Shown here in pieces: positions 1-12,890 of a stretch of 64,000 bases of DNA. Numbering within the stretch: position 1 is the stretch's first letter; each line of letters begins with the position of its first letter. The stretch spans positions 105,400,001 to 105,464,000 of the forward strand of contig OX597823.1 of the NCBI GenBank assembly GCA_951406725.2, given 5' to 3'. Source of the DNA: Octopus vulgaris (lineage: Eukaryota). A program made the position numbers and the translations under genes. The notes beneath the pieces were generated by a model that saw only the letters and a list, made by a program, of their open reading frames with translations, was not told the DNA's origin and ran no database searches.

Positions 1-111
1 CCTCTGTTGCTAATATATATGATTAATGAAATGTTCAGTGTTGAAATGTAAGCCGTATTGGTCATGAATGGTATATATTTGCATTGAATACTGTATACCA
101 GTATCATATAC

Positions 112-152
<41 letters not shown>

Positions 153-691
153 TTATTGTAATTTATTCAAGACACTCATTACAAATAGATGCATTGATAA
201 AACCAAATTATGAACCTTTAAATGCACTTGCATCACCAAAACTTTTAAATGCCATTCCATAATCCTCAGTAGTCAACAGGTTGCTATCACCATTGTTGTC
301 ATTGCTATCCTCCTCCTCCTCCACCTCTTCCTCCCCTTCCCTCCTCCTCCTCCTCCTCCTCCTCCTCCTCATTATCATCATTATCATCAACAACAACAAC
401 CCACCAGAAGTTTCCTCATTATTTTCTGGATCATATCATACCAAACATAATCTCTAACGTAACCTTTTGTGTCATCCATGGCACTTGGAATCTCTCACAT
501 TTCTCTTAAAAGATTTTGCATTGCTTTCCTTACCAATATTTTTCTGTCACCTCTTCAAGCCAAAGTCTCTTTAATGAAAAGCACCTGTTATCCCAACTAT
601 TAAATATTAATCCATAACTTTCAAGTAGTCAAAAGCTTGTCTTTCCTATCATTGTTATCATTGCTGATAGTTTCCTCATTAATATTATCTA

Positions 692-736
<45 letters not shown>

Positions 737-2034
737 CTAAGGCATTATTTGTAAGTCTGCACAGCACATGAAATCATACATTTCTTAAGAGATTTCAAAA
801 CAATTTCCTTATCTATATCTTTCATATCTCTTTATCCCAAAAACATACCACACACAAACAAGACACTCACACAGACCAAACTTTCTCAATATTTTCTCCC
901 CATTAATTACATTGTGTAGCACAATTTTTGACCTTGGGTAGCATCTGTTATTTCCTATTTGCTTAGCCTTAGAGACTATTGTAAAGTTGCTTTTGTAATA
1001 TTTATTCAAAGTCCAAAGAATCCCTCTCAACACATGGCTATGATGCTCTCCCATTACTCCTGCTCATGATCAGAGATGCACGTATTGCCCGTCACTAAGG
1101 GATATGCACAAGTGGTTAAGATCAAGCAACTGACAAGCAAATCTGTGGTATTGAGCAGAATATTTGCCATAACAATATTTCTGCTTTAGCAACTCAGTGC
1201 TGAGTCTGTCTGAAATGTAATGGGAAATAGGTCAGTTTCAAAACATTGATGTCTTGGTGAGAAAAGCAATGTTCGAAGGGAATAGTCATTTCTTTTTATT
1301 TCTAGAGAGAAGCAAATAGGAAATAACACTTACTGACCAAAGACAATAAATAAATAAGAAAAATAATAATTTTGTTACACAGTGTTATACCATCGTTCTA
1401 TCTTTTTAACTTACTCTGTCTTTAAATGGCTTCTTAATTATTAACAACAAATAGCTGCAAGTTTCTCTTTAACCTACTTGAAATAACAACAATGTCAATC
1501 TTAGTTTCAAGAATAGCTTTAACAATAGACACAAAAGGTGGACACAAAAGGTAGAAATCGTCTGTTTCTTATCTTTTGTATTAAAAGTTTCCAACCATTT
1601 TCATCCTTCAATTGATTTTTCTGTTGATGTCTCTATTTGGAAATTTTTCTTTGGACAGTTGTTTTCTTCATTTATAAGTCATCATAGGTTTTAATTTACT
1701 CCCTTACATATAAGAACAATTATAAAGTGAGTTTTGTTTTATGGCCAACAATTTTCCTGAGAACAGATTTTATGCTAGCATCTAGCTTCATCTACAACAG
1801 TGTTTCGCAATCACAGACCTCTTTGATTCCTTTTTTTCTAGGATGTATCCTCATAGCCATTTGATATTTAATGCTTTAGCATTTCAACCGGCCGTATCCA
1901 GCCCAAATATTCCACTTGTTTTATGTTGAAGGTGATCATATCTTGCTTCTCATACCAAACCTACAATGTCACGCTAAAAATAAACAATCACATTATAGAG
2001 GTCTCGATTCTATGAGATAATATATGATTATAGA

Positions 2035-2136
2035 GTTCTATATTTAAGAGATGAGGAATTATTTACATTATTTACAATTGACGGATATTTGTCCTCATCT
2101 TGTTTATTGTTAACACAGCGTTTCAGCTGATATACC
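2035..2136 (-). mobile_element. Truncated PLE-type terminal repeat (half HHR only)
   Basis: Minus strand reads ...GGTATATCAGCT-GAAA-CG-CT-GTGTT, the right half of a minimal HHR, then an AT-rich tail. The CTGANGA half is missing. Family recognised from recall. Confidence 0.4.
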
Positions 2137-2375
2137 ATCAAACGCATTCCATACTTGGACATAATAGCCCCTATTTAAGAGATAACCATAAAGATACCAA
2201 AAGCACCTGAAGATTTATGGTTTGGTTTCTATAACTTCAGAAAGTTGGACTATGAACTTTTATGCTTCTTTTTTCTTCTTTCTTTCCATCTCCTTATTCT
2301 TTTACTCTCTTCCTCTATGTTCTCATCTTATTAATATATACCATTCTCATTTTCCATATTTTTTCCCCCTATTTG

Positions 2376-2429
2376 TCTCTGATGACAGAATATCCCATAC
2401 TCAGGGATATCTCAGAAACAGCTGTAAGA
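2376..2429 (+). ncRNA. Minimal type I hammerhead ribozyme
   Basis: TCT-CTGATGA-[stem II ATATCCC/GGGATAT, frayed base]-GAAA-CAGCTG-TA-AGA. Stem I TCT/AGA, palindromic stem III, GUA cleavage triplet. Confidence 0.75.
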
Positions 2430-2655
2430 TTTTGAATTTCTTCCTATAATAATATTGTTTATGACTTGAAATGATTGTCTTGCCTTAATGTTTGCTGTCC
2501 TGTTTAACAATTGTATATCCTCATCATCGGAAATCTGCAATGGCTCCATAACTACCGTTTCGGCTATAACTTTGGTGCACGTACCTAGCATACCTAATCA
2601 ATGATATATATATCATCATCATCATCATCATCATGATATATATATATAAATATAT

Positions 2656-2730
<75 letters not shown>

Positions 2731-2741
2731 GATGTATAGTA

Positions 2742-2774
<33 letters not shown>

Positions 2775-2794
2775 CATATTATATATTAAAAAGA

Positions 2795-3130
2795 CCTCCT
2801 TTCTCCTTTGGTCACGAATGACTATGAAATTGCACCTAGAAAGTTCCTCTCTGAAGCACAAGTCTGGGCAGAGTTGTTTGTGGAAGACAAACAGTCGTCC
2901 ATGCATATCAATCTCTCCTTTACATGCCACCAATGTTATCCAAGGGCAAAGGCCAATACACCTCAGCACCAACTTATTTCTACAGCTAAGTAAACTGGAG
3001 TAGCACTGTTTTTAATCCGCTAATGAAATAAAATGTCTTGCTCTAAAAGTCAACACAGACTGGTCCAGGAATCAAACTCACAACCTTATGATTGTAATCC
3101 CGATGCTCCAACCACTGAGCCATGCACCTT
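2795..3130 (-). mobile_element. tRNA-derived SINE (family D)
   Basis: Minus-strand head GGTGCATGGCTCAGTGGTTGGAGC...GAGTTTGATTCC (A/B-box-like). Homologous to 34095-34432. Confidence 0.75.
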
Positions 3131-3517
3131 CACACACACACCACGTGATGGTTGTAAAAACGGTTGTCAATGCATACAGTTAGTGTCATTCATTTCCAAT
3201 ATTTTGTGAGAACGTCTGGCCATGGGAAGATACTAAGTTACTTAAAAGGATGAGGATTGGTGCCAGAAAGGTAAACAAACTGGTGCCCCAGCATGACCGC
3301 GGCCTTCGGGCTAAAACATTTTTAAGGATTTAAGGAAACTACGTGAACCCCATACAACCTAAGCGAGCATAGGAAACTGGACGTTAAACTGATGATGATG
3401 ATGAGGATCTAACACGTGAAGCGACTTCCTCGTTGGCTCGATAAAATACCTATTTTCTTATTCTCTTATATGTTTCAGTCCAATGACTGTGGCCATACTG
3501 GAGCACCGCCATTGTAA

Positions 3518-3736
3518 TCATCTTTCCACTTTCCACCTTTGTCGGAGCAGCTTCTGGTGAAGGATGGAGTTTGATGCTACTGCCCTCTTTTGAGTCCCTT
3601 GCTTAGATATTGGCTCATCTGGGATCTCGGTGAGCCAGAGGTCAAGTTCGCGTTTGAAAACGTCTACATCCATTCCATGGAGGCTCATCAGATGCTTCGA
3701 CAAACAGTTAAACAGCTGTGGGCCCTTGAAATCCAA
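3518..3736 (-). pseudogene. CR1-group LINE ORF2 C-terminal fragment
   Basis: FKGPQLFNCL...DVFKRELDLWLTEIPDEP resembles the C-terminus GPALFNIVP...FKQSLDRFLQGIPDKP of the LINE copies at 54.9 and 63 kb. Confidence 0.7.
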
Positions 3737-4124
3737 GCTATAATATACTAGGATAGATCTAGTGGACTCTCCTCATTATTTTTCCAACTGACAAATATCT
3801 TTATATTTCTACTAAAATAAGAATTTGTTTTCAAAAGAAGACGAAAAAAAAGAAGTTATTGGTTAACTCCCTTTATTAAACGTTTTCACAGAACTGTAAT
3901 AGTTACCTCCCTTGGGAAATTTACAATTCCTTGTTTTTGCTTTAGCATTTTTTTTTTACCGTTTTTTTGCGTCAATTCTTTTATTGATCGTTTTCTTCCT
4001 TCTTTCTTTCGTTGCTATTCTTCCATTCATTTATTTTCGCTTGAAGTGATTTTATTGTAATTAAGTGATTGCATCGGGGGAAAATATTTCCGTTATTTAA
4101 TGAGCAGAATTTTTCCACCAGGTA

Positions 4125-4157
<33 letters not shown>

Positions 4158-4346
4158 ATGATGATGCTGATGATGATGGTGGTGGTGGTGGTGGTGGTGA
4201 TGATGACAATGACGACGACGACGACCAACAGTTAGAAGGAAAACAAAGAAATATTTATTGTTCAACATAAGTTTGTAACCATACTGAAACCAAAAGATAA
4301 TGTTTAACCACAGAAATTTTAATCTTATTTACGAAATTCTCTCAGG

Positions 4347-4379
<33 letters not shown>

Positions 4380-4474
4380 TGTATGTATGTATGTATGTAT
4401 GCATGTATGTAAGTAGGTATGTATGTGTGTGTATGTATGTATGTATGTATGTATGTATGTATGTATATATGCAT

Positions 4475-4776
4475 GTGAGCGAGACAGATGAGTGACAACC
4501 CGGCCACTGGTGGTGGTGTTACACACCATACTAATCATATCTGTCGGGCATGTGGAAGAGAGTGTAATTCGGCAGGAGGACTTAAACGACATGCAAAGGT
4601 ACATGAAGCCCTGTTACAACTACAGCCGGCTATTGCTGGTAAAGGTTTCAGTTGCCAATTTTGTACAAGACATTGTAGATCTTTAGCTGGGCTAAAAAGT
4701 CACATTCGATCACAGCACCAGTAACAGTTAAGCCTCGTGCAATGGCCATACTCGATAACGAGGGGGCAGACATCAT
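4475..4776 (+). mobile_element. 3' end of an RTE-type LINE with two C2H2 zinc fingers
   Basis: CRACGRECNSAGGLKRHAKVH and CQFCTRHCRSLAGLKSHIRSQH*, a short 3' UTR (GCCATACTCGATAACGAGG), and (TATG)n on both sides. Confidence 0.6.
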
Positions 4777-4783
4777 GTATGTA

Positions 4784-4845
<62 letters not shown>

Positions 4846-5020
4846 CGGCTGAATGGTCATGACTTTTGTTTTTCATACAAGGAATCCAGTGGTGGCTCCT
4901 GTATAGGAACTGCAGAACTGCAGCATCCCTTATTTCCATTTGATATTATTGATAAGGTTCAATATAATGAATCCTTTTTCCTTTAATTCTTTCTTTACGC
5001 TTGTGCATTATATAATCCAT

Positions 5021-5258
5021 GGAGGCACAATGGCCCAGTGGTTAGGGCAGCGGACTCGCGGTCGGAGGATCGCGGTTTCAATTCCCAGACCGGGCGTTGT
5101 GTGTGTTTATTGAGCGAAAACATCTAGAAGCTCCACGAGGCTCTGTCAGGGGGTGGTGACGACCCCTGTTGTACTCTTTTGCCCCAGCTTTCTCTCACCC
5201 TTTCTTCCTGTTTCTTGAGTAATGCTGCGATGGACTGGCATCCCGTCCTGCTGGGGGG
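5021..5258 (+). mobile_element. tRNA-derived SINE (family C)
   Basis: TGGCCCAGTGGTTAGG A-box and GGTTTCAATTCC B-box. Homologous to 10816-11124. Confidence 0.8.
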
Positions 5259-6221
5259 AATTAGCCATCCTCTAGTTTATGAAAACAATACAAAAATCCT
5301 TGGATAGAACTGCAATTCACAGTTCCGGTGACGCTGTGTTTGGCTGTTGTGTGCATGCTCAAATGTCTGAGATAGGAAGCTTCATGTTAGGAAGAGAGAG
5401 CTCTGCATCAATGACAGTGCTGGGTAAAAGGTAGTGCTGTTTTTTGACTCTGCCCGTGTTGTTTATATTCTTGAATGTGATAAAGTGTAGAATTAGATTG
5501 TCATCCTGCTTCCAGCTTCAGTGTTGCTACCAGGATTTGAAAAATAGGACACATTTCCACCCTTATTTTGTGATTTAGGGGGAATTTTTGAAAAACAAGG
5601 GGGAATTCGAGGCAGTGTTCAGTAAACAAATTAAACGCACTACTTGGCAGTGGCTAAAACGTGAACCGATCAAGTTTATCTATAAATTTTCTTTTTATAT
5701 CTTTGTTTTCTTTTTACACAATATTAAAACAATGTCTAAAAATTTTCTGAAGCAGCGCCCCCGCTAATTTTATCTACGAGCCACCACTGATGGGATCCGA
5801 AGGTCAATCTCACTGTATTACATCATGAGTGAATGTCATTTTCTTTACCCTTCAGTTGACTCAAACCTTGTGAGTGAAATTAAGCAGGTGGAAACTGTGC
5901 AGAAGCCTAGCAGATGGATTTTTATCTCTAATTTGAAAGGTATATCCTTGTCACACACTGTATCATGCTGATTCTGTCTGAGAATTGCATTAATGGGACA
6001 TGGTGTCTGTGGAATGCTCCTATCATTTACGTGTGAATTCAGGAACAGGTAATACAGGTGATTAAAGAACTGAATCCTTCATTGATTGATGGAATTCTAT
6101 CACTACCACCATTGTCTACATATGCACACATGTGTGCATGTGTAAGTGTGTGTGTGTGTGTACATGTGCATGCGTGTGTGTGTGTGTGTGTGTGTGTGTG
6201 CATGTGTGTGTGTGTGTATAT

Positions 6222-6477
6222 TACTCTTTTACACGTTTTGACTTGTTTCAGTCATTTGACTGTGGCCATGCTGGAGCACCGCCTCGAAGGGCTTTCATTG
6301 AACAAATCAACCCCAAATCTTATTTCTTAAGCCTAGTACTTATTCCATTGGTCCCTTTTTTCAAACCAGTAAGTTACAGGGATGTGAACACACCAACACT
6401 GTCAAGCGGTGATAGGGGGGGGGGGGGGATAAACACAAAGACACACACACATAAATATATACATATATATATACACG

Positions 6478-6525
<48 letters not shown>

Positions 6526-6646
6526 TGACAGGTTTCTTTCAGTTTCTGTCTACCAAATTCACTCACAATGGTTTGGTTGGCTTGAGGCTATAGTAGAAGA
6601 CTCTTGCCCAAGGTACCATGTGGTTGGGAAGCAAGCTTCTTACCAC
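6222..6646 (-). mobile_element. SINE family A (CORE-like, internal microsatellite)
   Basis: Shares CCTTGGGCAAG, the internal (TA/TG)n and the tail GTGCTCCAGCATGGCC..AGTCAAATGACTGAAAC with several other copies in the window. Confidence 0.85.
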
Positions 6647-6648
6647 AA

Positions 6649-6681
<33 letters not shown>

Positions 6682-6814
6682 CACACACACACACATACGT
6701 GCACACACACACACACGTGCACACGCGTGCACACACATGCGCACACGCGTGCACACACACGTGCACACACACACATGCATATATATTTGTATACTTTTTT
6801 AATCTTTTAATCAT

Positions 6815-7100
6815 CATCATTACCATCATCGCTTAACGTCCGCTTTCCATGCTAGCATGGGTTGGACGATTTGACTGGGGACTGGAGAACCAGATGGCTG
6901 TGCCAGGCTCCAATCTTGATCTGGCAGAGTTTCTACAGCTGGATGCCCTTCCTAACGCCAACAACTCCATGAGTGTAGTGGGTGCTTTTAAAGTGCCACT
7001 GGCATGAGGGCCAGTCTGGTGGTACTGGCAACGGCCACACTCAAAAATGGTGTTTTTTACGTGCCACCTGCACAGGAGTCAGTCCAGCGGCACTGGCAAC
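6815..7100 (-). mobile_element. SINE or RTE-tail-like interspersed repeat
   Basis: Minus strand GTTGGCGTTAGGAAGGGCATCCAGC...GCATGGAAAGCGGACGTTAAG ending in (GAT)n. A degenerate copy lies at about 3250-3405. Confidence 0.65.
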
Positions 7101-7965
7101 TCTTTTAATGACTTCAAATTATTAACTGAAGTAGAACTGTCAGGATTTTGAGCAGGTTTTTACAGATCTTAGTATTTTCTCAATTCCTCTATCATAGAGG
7201 AATGCAACTTACATGGTAAAAATATCTTAAAATATCATTGTTTATTTTTATTCTATGTATCGATTCTTCTGCAATTGCTTGCCAACATAGGTTGAACAAA
7301 TCAACTTGGTCTGAATGAATTCTTATTTAGAGTTACAGTTCTCCCAGGTGACTTGGATGACCACGTCTTGATTGTGTATTCCTGTTTCCAACAGACTTAT
7401 TGGTAAAGAGAGAACCAATCTAATTCAGTCCTTAGTCTACCTCATGTTGTGCTGTACATTATGCTATCTGCCATGTTTGCTTCTGGGTTGCTAATGCTTT
7501 CTTTCGACACTTTATGTAGTAAGTTAGTTTGTATGAGAAGAGGTTAGAGATTAACTGACATTTTCATCAAACTAGTCATGTAAGATATAAAATGCCCTGC
7601 ATGTTTTATTAGAATTACTGGCAGAAAAATGGTCCTTTGGGCAGTTTTCTGCTGGCGTATGTGTTGCGAATATTGATATTATATATACATACAGATATGA
7701 TGCATAAATTATTATAGAGTGAATTGACAATATGCTCTTGAATTGAACGAAGACTCTGTTATAGTTTGTTCTGTAATCAGTAAAATAATCCATGATGCAT
7801 TTAAGAAAAGACGATAATGGAAACTGGAAAAGAGATGAAACTGCCAAGGGAAAATATCCATGAATCTTCATTTGAGTAAATTTGAAAATAGATGCCCAGG
7901 TGGGAATTAAGGAATTACATTTACCACTATGAAGAGTTGAGTTTTGCTATATTGTTCTTTCATTA

Positions 7966-8197
7966 GGGCGGCGAGCTGGCAGAAATGATAGCACGCCGGG
8001 CGAAATGCGTAGCCGTATTTCGTCTGCGGTTATGTTCTGAGTTCACATTCCGCAGAGGTTGACTTTGCCTTTCATCCTTTCAGGGTCGATAAATTAAGTA
8101 TCAATTACGCACTGGGATCGATGTAATCGACTTAATCCGTTTGTCTGTCCTTGTTTGTCCCCTCTTATGTTTAGCCTCTTGTGGGTAGTAAAGAAAC
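7966..8197 (+). mobile_element. SINE family B (Meta/MESC-like central domain)
   Basis: GGCGGCGAGCTGGCAGAA...CTTTGCCTTTCATCCTTTC.GGGTCGATAAA. Flanked by a ~17-bp TSD ATATTGTT(C/G)TTTCATTA. Confidence 0.9.
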
Positions 8198-9570
8198 ATA
8201 TTGTTGTTTCATTATATTCACTTATAGGTGTCTTAAGTGTTTCTGGTGTCCCTTTCCTAGCAATTAAAAAGAAACTTAAATACATTTCAATTAAAAGAGG
8301 GTAATGAATGTCTCACATCACTGTAGAATTTTTTTGCAGACACAACTGTCAGCAAATGGACCCTTTTTCATTTATCTTGGTTAATATTTTTATATTTTAA
8401 TTTTCTTGACCCTCTTGACCCAGCATACATCTGACCACGTGTGAAGAACTGTGTTAGGAGATGATATTATTGACTAAATAATTTCAAGGCAGTACCCCAA
8501 CATGCTTGCAGTCTAACACAATTTGAAAACTTAATCCTTTTAGAGAGGGATTATTGTTTTTGCACTACATAATACTTGTAAAAATAATTTACTCACTTGT
8601 TTTTTTTTCTTCACTTTTTATGAACGCGAAGAAAAGCTATTTGTTTACATATGGAATTAAAATGAAAGATGAAATTTAAAACAGAAGCAAATCTTGTAAT
8701 ATAAGCATTATGATTTATGTTTAATATGCAGATAAACTTTATAGTTTAACATTTTTTTAATATTCATTTATAATTTCTTCAAAGTAAAATTACTTTTTTT
8801 AAAAGCATAGTTAAAAATAAACTGGACACAGTCCCACACTTCTTCAATCATTATATTATAGATTGACCATTCTGCTCATGTCCATTTTATTTCTAGGATG
8901 GTCGGGGTTTAAACATATAGAAGTAATCTTGAAGATAGAATTTCTTGCGAATGATTGGAACAACATTGATAAATTTCAGTGATTTAGTAGAAGCTGCTGT
9001 ACCAGTTCCCATATAGATTTACTTAGTACGTCTCCACATTTAAGTACTTGGAACATATGATGGAACATGTTTGAAATTTGGTACATCTCAGAAGAATCTA
9101 TTATATTTGTTGAGAAAGTTCTGGAGCAGTTGGGGTTATATGTCTGAATATCTCTCGCTGGTATTCAAACTAGATCCTATGGGTTCTTCGACCGGCCTAC
9201 CTTAGTTTGTTTGCAGATACCAAATGTCACCACAGATTTCCTCTACTTAAAAAAAATCCAATGAGGGATCTTTGAGCTACCAGAAAGCTTTGGGTCAACT
9301 GGACAGCTCCCAGCATCCAATCAACAGGTGCCTTAAGTAAACGAGATGTCCTTAAAGTAGGATGCCTATGTTTTGCACAAACCATTCCATGAGGAAAGAA
9401 AATCCATAAAATCAATTCTATAGGGTCATATAAACCGTTATCAATACACAAATAAACAAGTAAACCATTTGACAACAAAACTCTGTGTTCACAAGGCCAA
9501 CTGCTAAACCAAGGAAAAAACTACATTCCACAAAACTAAGAAAAAGATATCAACCAACAAGCAGAAATAA

Positions 9571-9850
9571 AACTTTAACAACTCACCAAAATGTAGGTTA
9601 ATTAACCCTGAACTAGGCCTTGCTCGCAAAATATACTTCATAATTAAATTTGTATCGGCAGTAAAATTTCCTTCAAAAATTACTGCCTATACAAATTTAA
9701 TTACGTGGAGAAACAACACTGGTGTGATAAATTGGTTCAAACAAACTGAGGGTAAAAACTGATGCAAATTTATTTAATTTGACATTGTGTATCTTTACCA
9801 ATCTATCAACAAAGGTCTCTTTCATAAAGTCATACATTTCGCATCTAAGC
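9571..9850 (+). pseudogene. Penelope-like reverse transcriptase fragment
   Basis: Manual translation NFNNSPKCRLINP-ELG...WRNNTGVINWFK...CKFI*FDIVYLYQSI matches the PLE RT pattern (CRLINP; FDIxxxYPSI motif A). Contains stops. Confidence 0.8.
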
Positions 9851-10107
9851 AAGCAACTTCAACCCTAGGCATTCTCAAAACTGTAGCATTGTTTGGATGC
9901 TCTCTCATATTTAACATCAAATGCTGACTGAAAAAAAAATAAAAGAAAGAAAGAAAAGAACTTGCAAAGTAATTTGGCTGAACATCTCATTGACAAAAGA
10001 GGTTGCAGTCACTACAGATGCTCGCTAAAGTTCAATATCTGCTGCACTGTTTCAGGAGGTGTATCTATTCCTGTTCTTATCAATCTGAAACTGAAGATAG
10101 CTTTTTT

Positions 10108-10350
10108 CAGATCTTTTCACTTTGACCGGCAGATTTAAAAAATAATTTCTTTGTAACTAAACACTTTTAAACTTCGTATACTGGTAGAATGTGTTACATA
10201 AAACATCTTTTTCTCTTGGCTTTCTTGAGAAAATTCTGTAGTTTGTAAGCTATTTGTTGTTAAATATCTTGCATTTCGGCAATTTCAACCAATCAATGAC
10301 GTCTATTGAGGTGAATATAATTTCTGCTGTTTTTGTCAACAACAACTTAC
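10108..10350. repeat. Fragment of an AT-rich DNA-transposon/MITE-like repeat
   Basis: Recognised from recall only. No partner TIR found. Confidence 0.3.
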
Positions 10351-10815
10351 AGAAAGACAGGATTTGGTTATTATATGAACTATGCAAAGAGCCAGACATT
10401 TATTATTAAGATGGAAATGTCTTCTTGAGAACTGACCATAACATTTTAGAGCTTATATTCAATTTGAGGAGAGAACTGCCTAATGTAACATCTGTTAGCA
10501 TATTATGATTAGCAGTCTAGTTTGCTATCTAAATTCTGAATTTAAATACATTTCCCTATGTTGATGCTCTATCTAGAATAAAATTGAATGAGCCAATAAA
10601 GTGAGGTGAAAGCACAATAGAGACATGATTTATTCATTGGGTGGAAACGAATGTGCTGAAATGGAAGAATCATAGGCTCAAAGGAAGAATTATGTAGTTT
10701 TGTTTAATGTTATTAATTGAATCAAAACAAGTATTTGGAAAAATGATTCAATAACTGAAAGACCTTATAAAGCAATTATACAAAACTCATTGTTGATACT
10801 GAGATTGTTGTTCCT

Positions 10816-11124
10816 TGTTTTGTTTGTTCCTTCTCAAGCCGTGCCTGGCTCATAAGGGTCGGTTTCCTGGTTTCCTTGGCGTATAGGTTCCCCACCTGGA
10901 TGGGATGCCAGTCCGTCGCAGGTGAGCTGCAAGATGCAGGAGGAAAGAGTGAGGGAAAGTTGTGGTGAAAGAGTCAGCAGAAGTTTGCCATTACTTTCTG
11001 CTGGAGCCCTGTGGAGCTTAGGTGTTTCACTCATAAACACACACATCACCTGGTTTGAGATTTGAACCCGCGATGCCTCAACCGCGAGTCCGCTGCTCTA
11101 TCCACTAGGCCATGTACCTCCACT
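10816..11124 (-). mobile_element. tRNA-derived SINE (family C)
   Basis: Homologous to 5021-5258. 14-bp TSD AGATTGTTGTTCCT at 10802-10815 and 11125-11138. Confidence 0.9.
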
Positions 11125-11500
11125 AGATTGTTGTTCCTGAAGTGTTGTGACATAAAATCCGTATATAATGGTGTTGCATGACTGAAACTGAGGGTCACGT
11201 GATGAAGACTGTTTCACATGATTGCCTTTTAGTAATGCAAATTCACTTCATTCCATCGATGATATAATGTATGTTATGAAAGTAACTGCACCAACTGTGC
11301 ATTCATGCATTCAGAAAGCAGAGTGACTGCTGCAAATACAGGACAAATATTGGGTGCTACTTTGGCATGTGATCTACAGCTTAAAGGGAAATTACTTTTG
11401 GATACTTCTTAGTTTACTATGTGCTGGTACTACTTTGGCAAGTGATCAATACGAACAAATTTACTTTGGTTTGTTGATTTTCTGCTTATTTTAATTATCC

Positions 11501-11791
11501 TATTGTTTTGAGATATGGACAAGGTAATGATTTATTTTCAAATGCAGAAACACTGACAGAACAGCAGAGACAGCATAAAATATCCATATAAAGCAGAAAA
11601 ATTTGTCAGCAACTAGCCATGAGACCTAAATGCACATCCCTTTGATTACTGGTCAAGTGCTTTACTAATTAAGCTAAACTGCCCACTGACAAATTAACCC
11701 ACTTTATATGGATATTTTATCCTGTCTCTGCTGTTCTATCAGTGTTTGTGCCTTTGAAAATAAATTATTACCTTATCTGTATCTCACAATA
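11501..11791. repeat. ~105-bp inverted repeat enclosing a tRNA-like loop
   Basis: Arms ~11501-11609 and ~11686-11791 are imperfect reverse complements. The spacer on the minus strand reads GGGCAGTTTAGCTTAATTAGTAAAGCACTTGA-CCAGTAA-TCAAAGGG. Confidence 0.75.
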
Positions 11792-11954
11792 CATTTCAAC
11801 ACTTCTAAAAAATAAACATTAGTTTGCTTACATTTATCATTATTATATTGTTTATTCTTGGTTTTTTTCTTATTATTATTTACTAAGACATAAATGAAAT
11901 ATGGTTTTATTATTATTAAAATAATTTTATCGATGAATTCAGTGAACATCGGCT

Positions 11955-12890
11955 AGAAATGAAAGAAAACGGTCTTCGGCACTCAAAATGCTGTACCATG
12001 TCAATGTTGTGGTGGAGATGTGAAGGAAGCTTCAAGAAAAGGGAAAATGGTGAAATTTTGCCAACTTTATGTTACAAGGTTCATGGCTGCCAAACTTATC
12101 AGTCTATCTGAACTGGAAATGTCTTTTCTATTATACTGATTTAAATAACAAAGTCCATTGCAATCTTTCTCTGTTTCAAATTTTAGAATCAATGTTTCAT
12201 TTTACTCAAGATGTCTCTTATGATAAGGTGCATCAATTAACTGGTAGAAGTTCTGAATCAATATATGATTGGTTCAACATGTGTTGTGAAATTTGTTCCC
12301 AAACTGTTTCCCTTAACAAATGGTAGGATCTGAAAAGATGGTAGGAACCGAAGAAGAGCCTGTGCAAATCGATGAAGCTCAGTTTACAGGACACTGGAAG
12401 TACAACAAAGGCAGAATGTTACAAGGTGAACATGTCCCTGGTTTTAACTGATAGCAAAGCTGAAGAAAAAACCCAAAGAAACTATGGAAGATGCCTTGAT
12501 GGATCCTGGGTCTTTGGATTGAAGAAAAGTGCAGATTGCTGCTATTATTGTGCAAAAAAAAAAAAAATGTGAACCACTTGAACCCATAATCCAAAGAGAA
12601 GTTGCAGAAAATTTGGTTATTCATTATGATGAATGGCCAGCATACTCCAATCTAAATTGTCTAAATTTCTGCCATTCTACTGTCAGCCACCAAAGGCATT
12701 GATCCAAACACTTGAACGAATACTCGAGCAATTAAAAGATCCTGGTTGGATTTGAAAATTTGTATTTTGAAAAAGATGAGAGGTGTGAACCAAAGGACCC
12801 TCCGATCTCACTTTCATTATTTCTGTTGGTTAAAGATGAGGGAGAGTACTGAAGACCCTTTACTTGCATTTCTAGCAGATGTTCACAGGT
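11955..12890 (+). pseudogene. Merlin (ISXO2/IS1016-like) DDE transposase remnant
   Basis: Stitched frames give SIYDWFNMCCEIC..., VQIDEA.F....KYNKGR, WVFG, IIQREVAE..VIHYDEWPAYSNL, HSTVSH, W.DLK..I.KKMRG, SH..YFCW. Many frameshifts. Confidence 0.85.

Noticed and set aside
4882-4956. Possible micro-exon ESSGGSCIGTAELQHPLFPFDIIDK between AG and GT
   Set aside because: Weak donor (GTTCAA), no recognisable homology and no supported partner exons.
5276-5433. 52-codon open frame with AG/GT-like ends
   Set aside because: No recognisable protein and the length is within chance expectation.
5519-5789. Possible hAT MITE (CAGTG...CACTG)
   Set aside because: TIR match is only about 5-8 bp and no 8-bp TSD is present.
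7572-7871. 99-aa non-repetitive minus-strand ORF
   Set aside because: No motifs; AT-rich composition typical of a spurious ORF.
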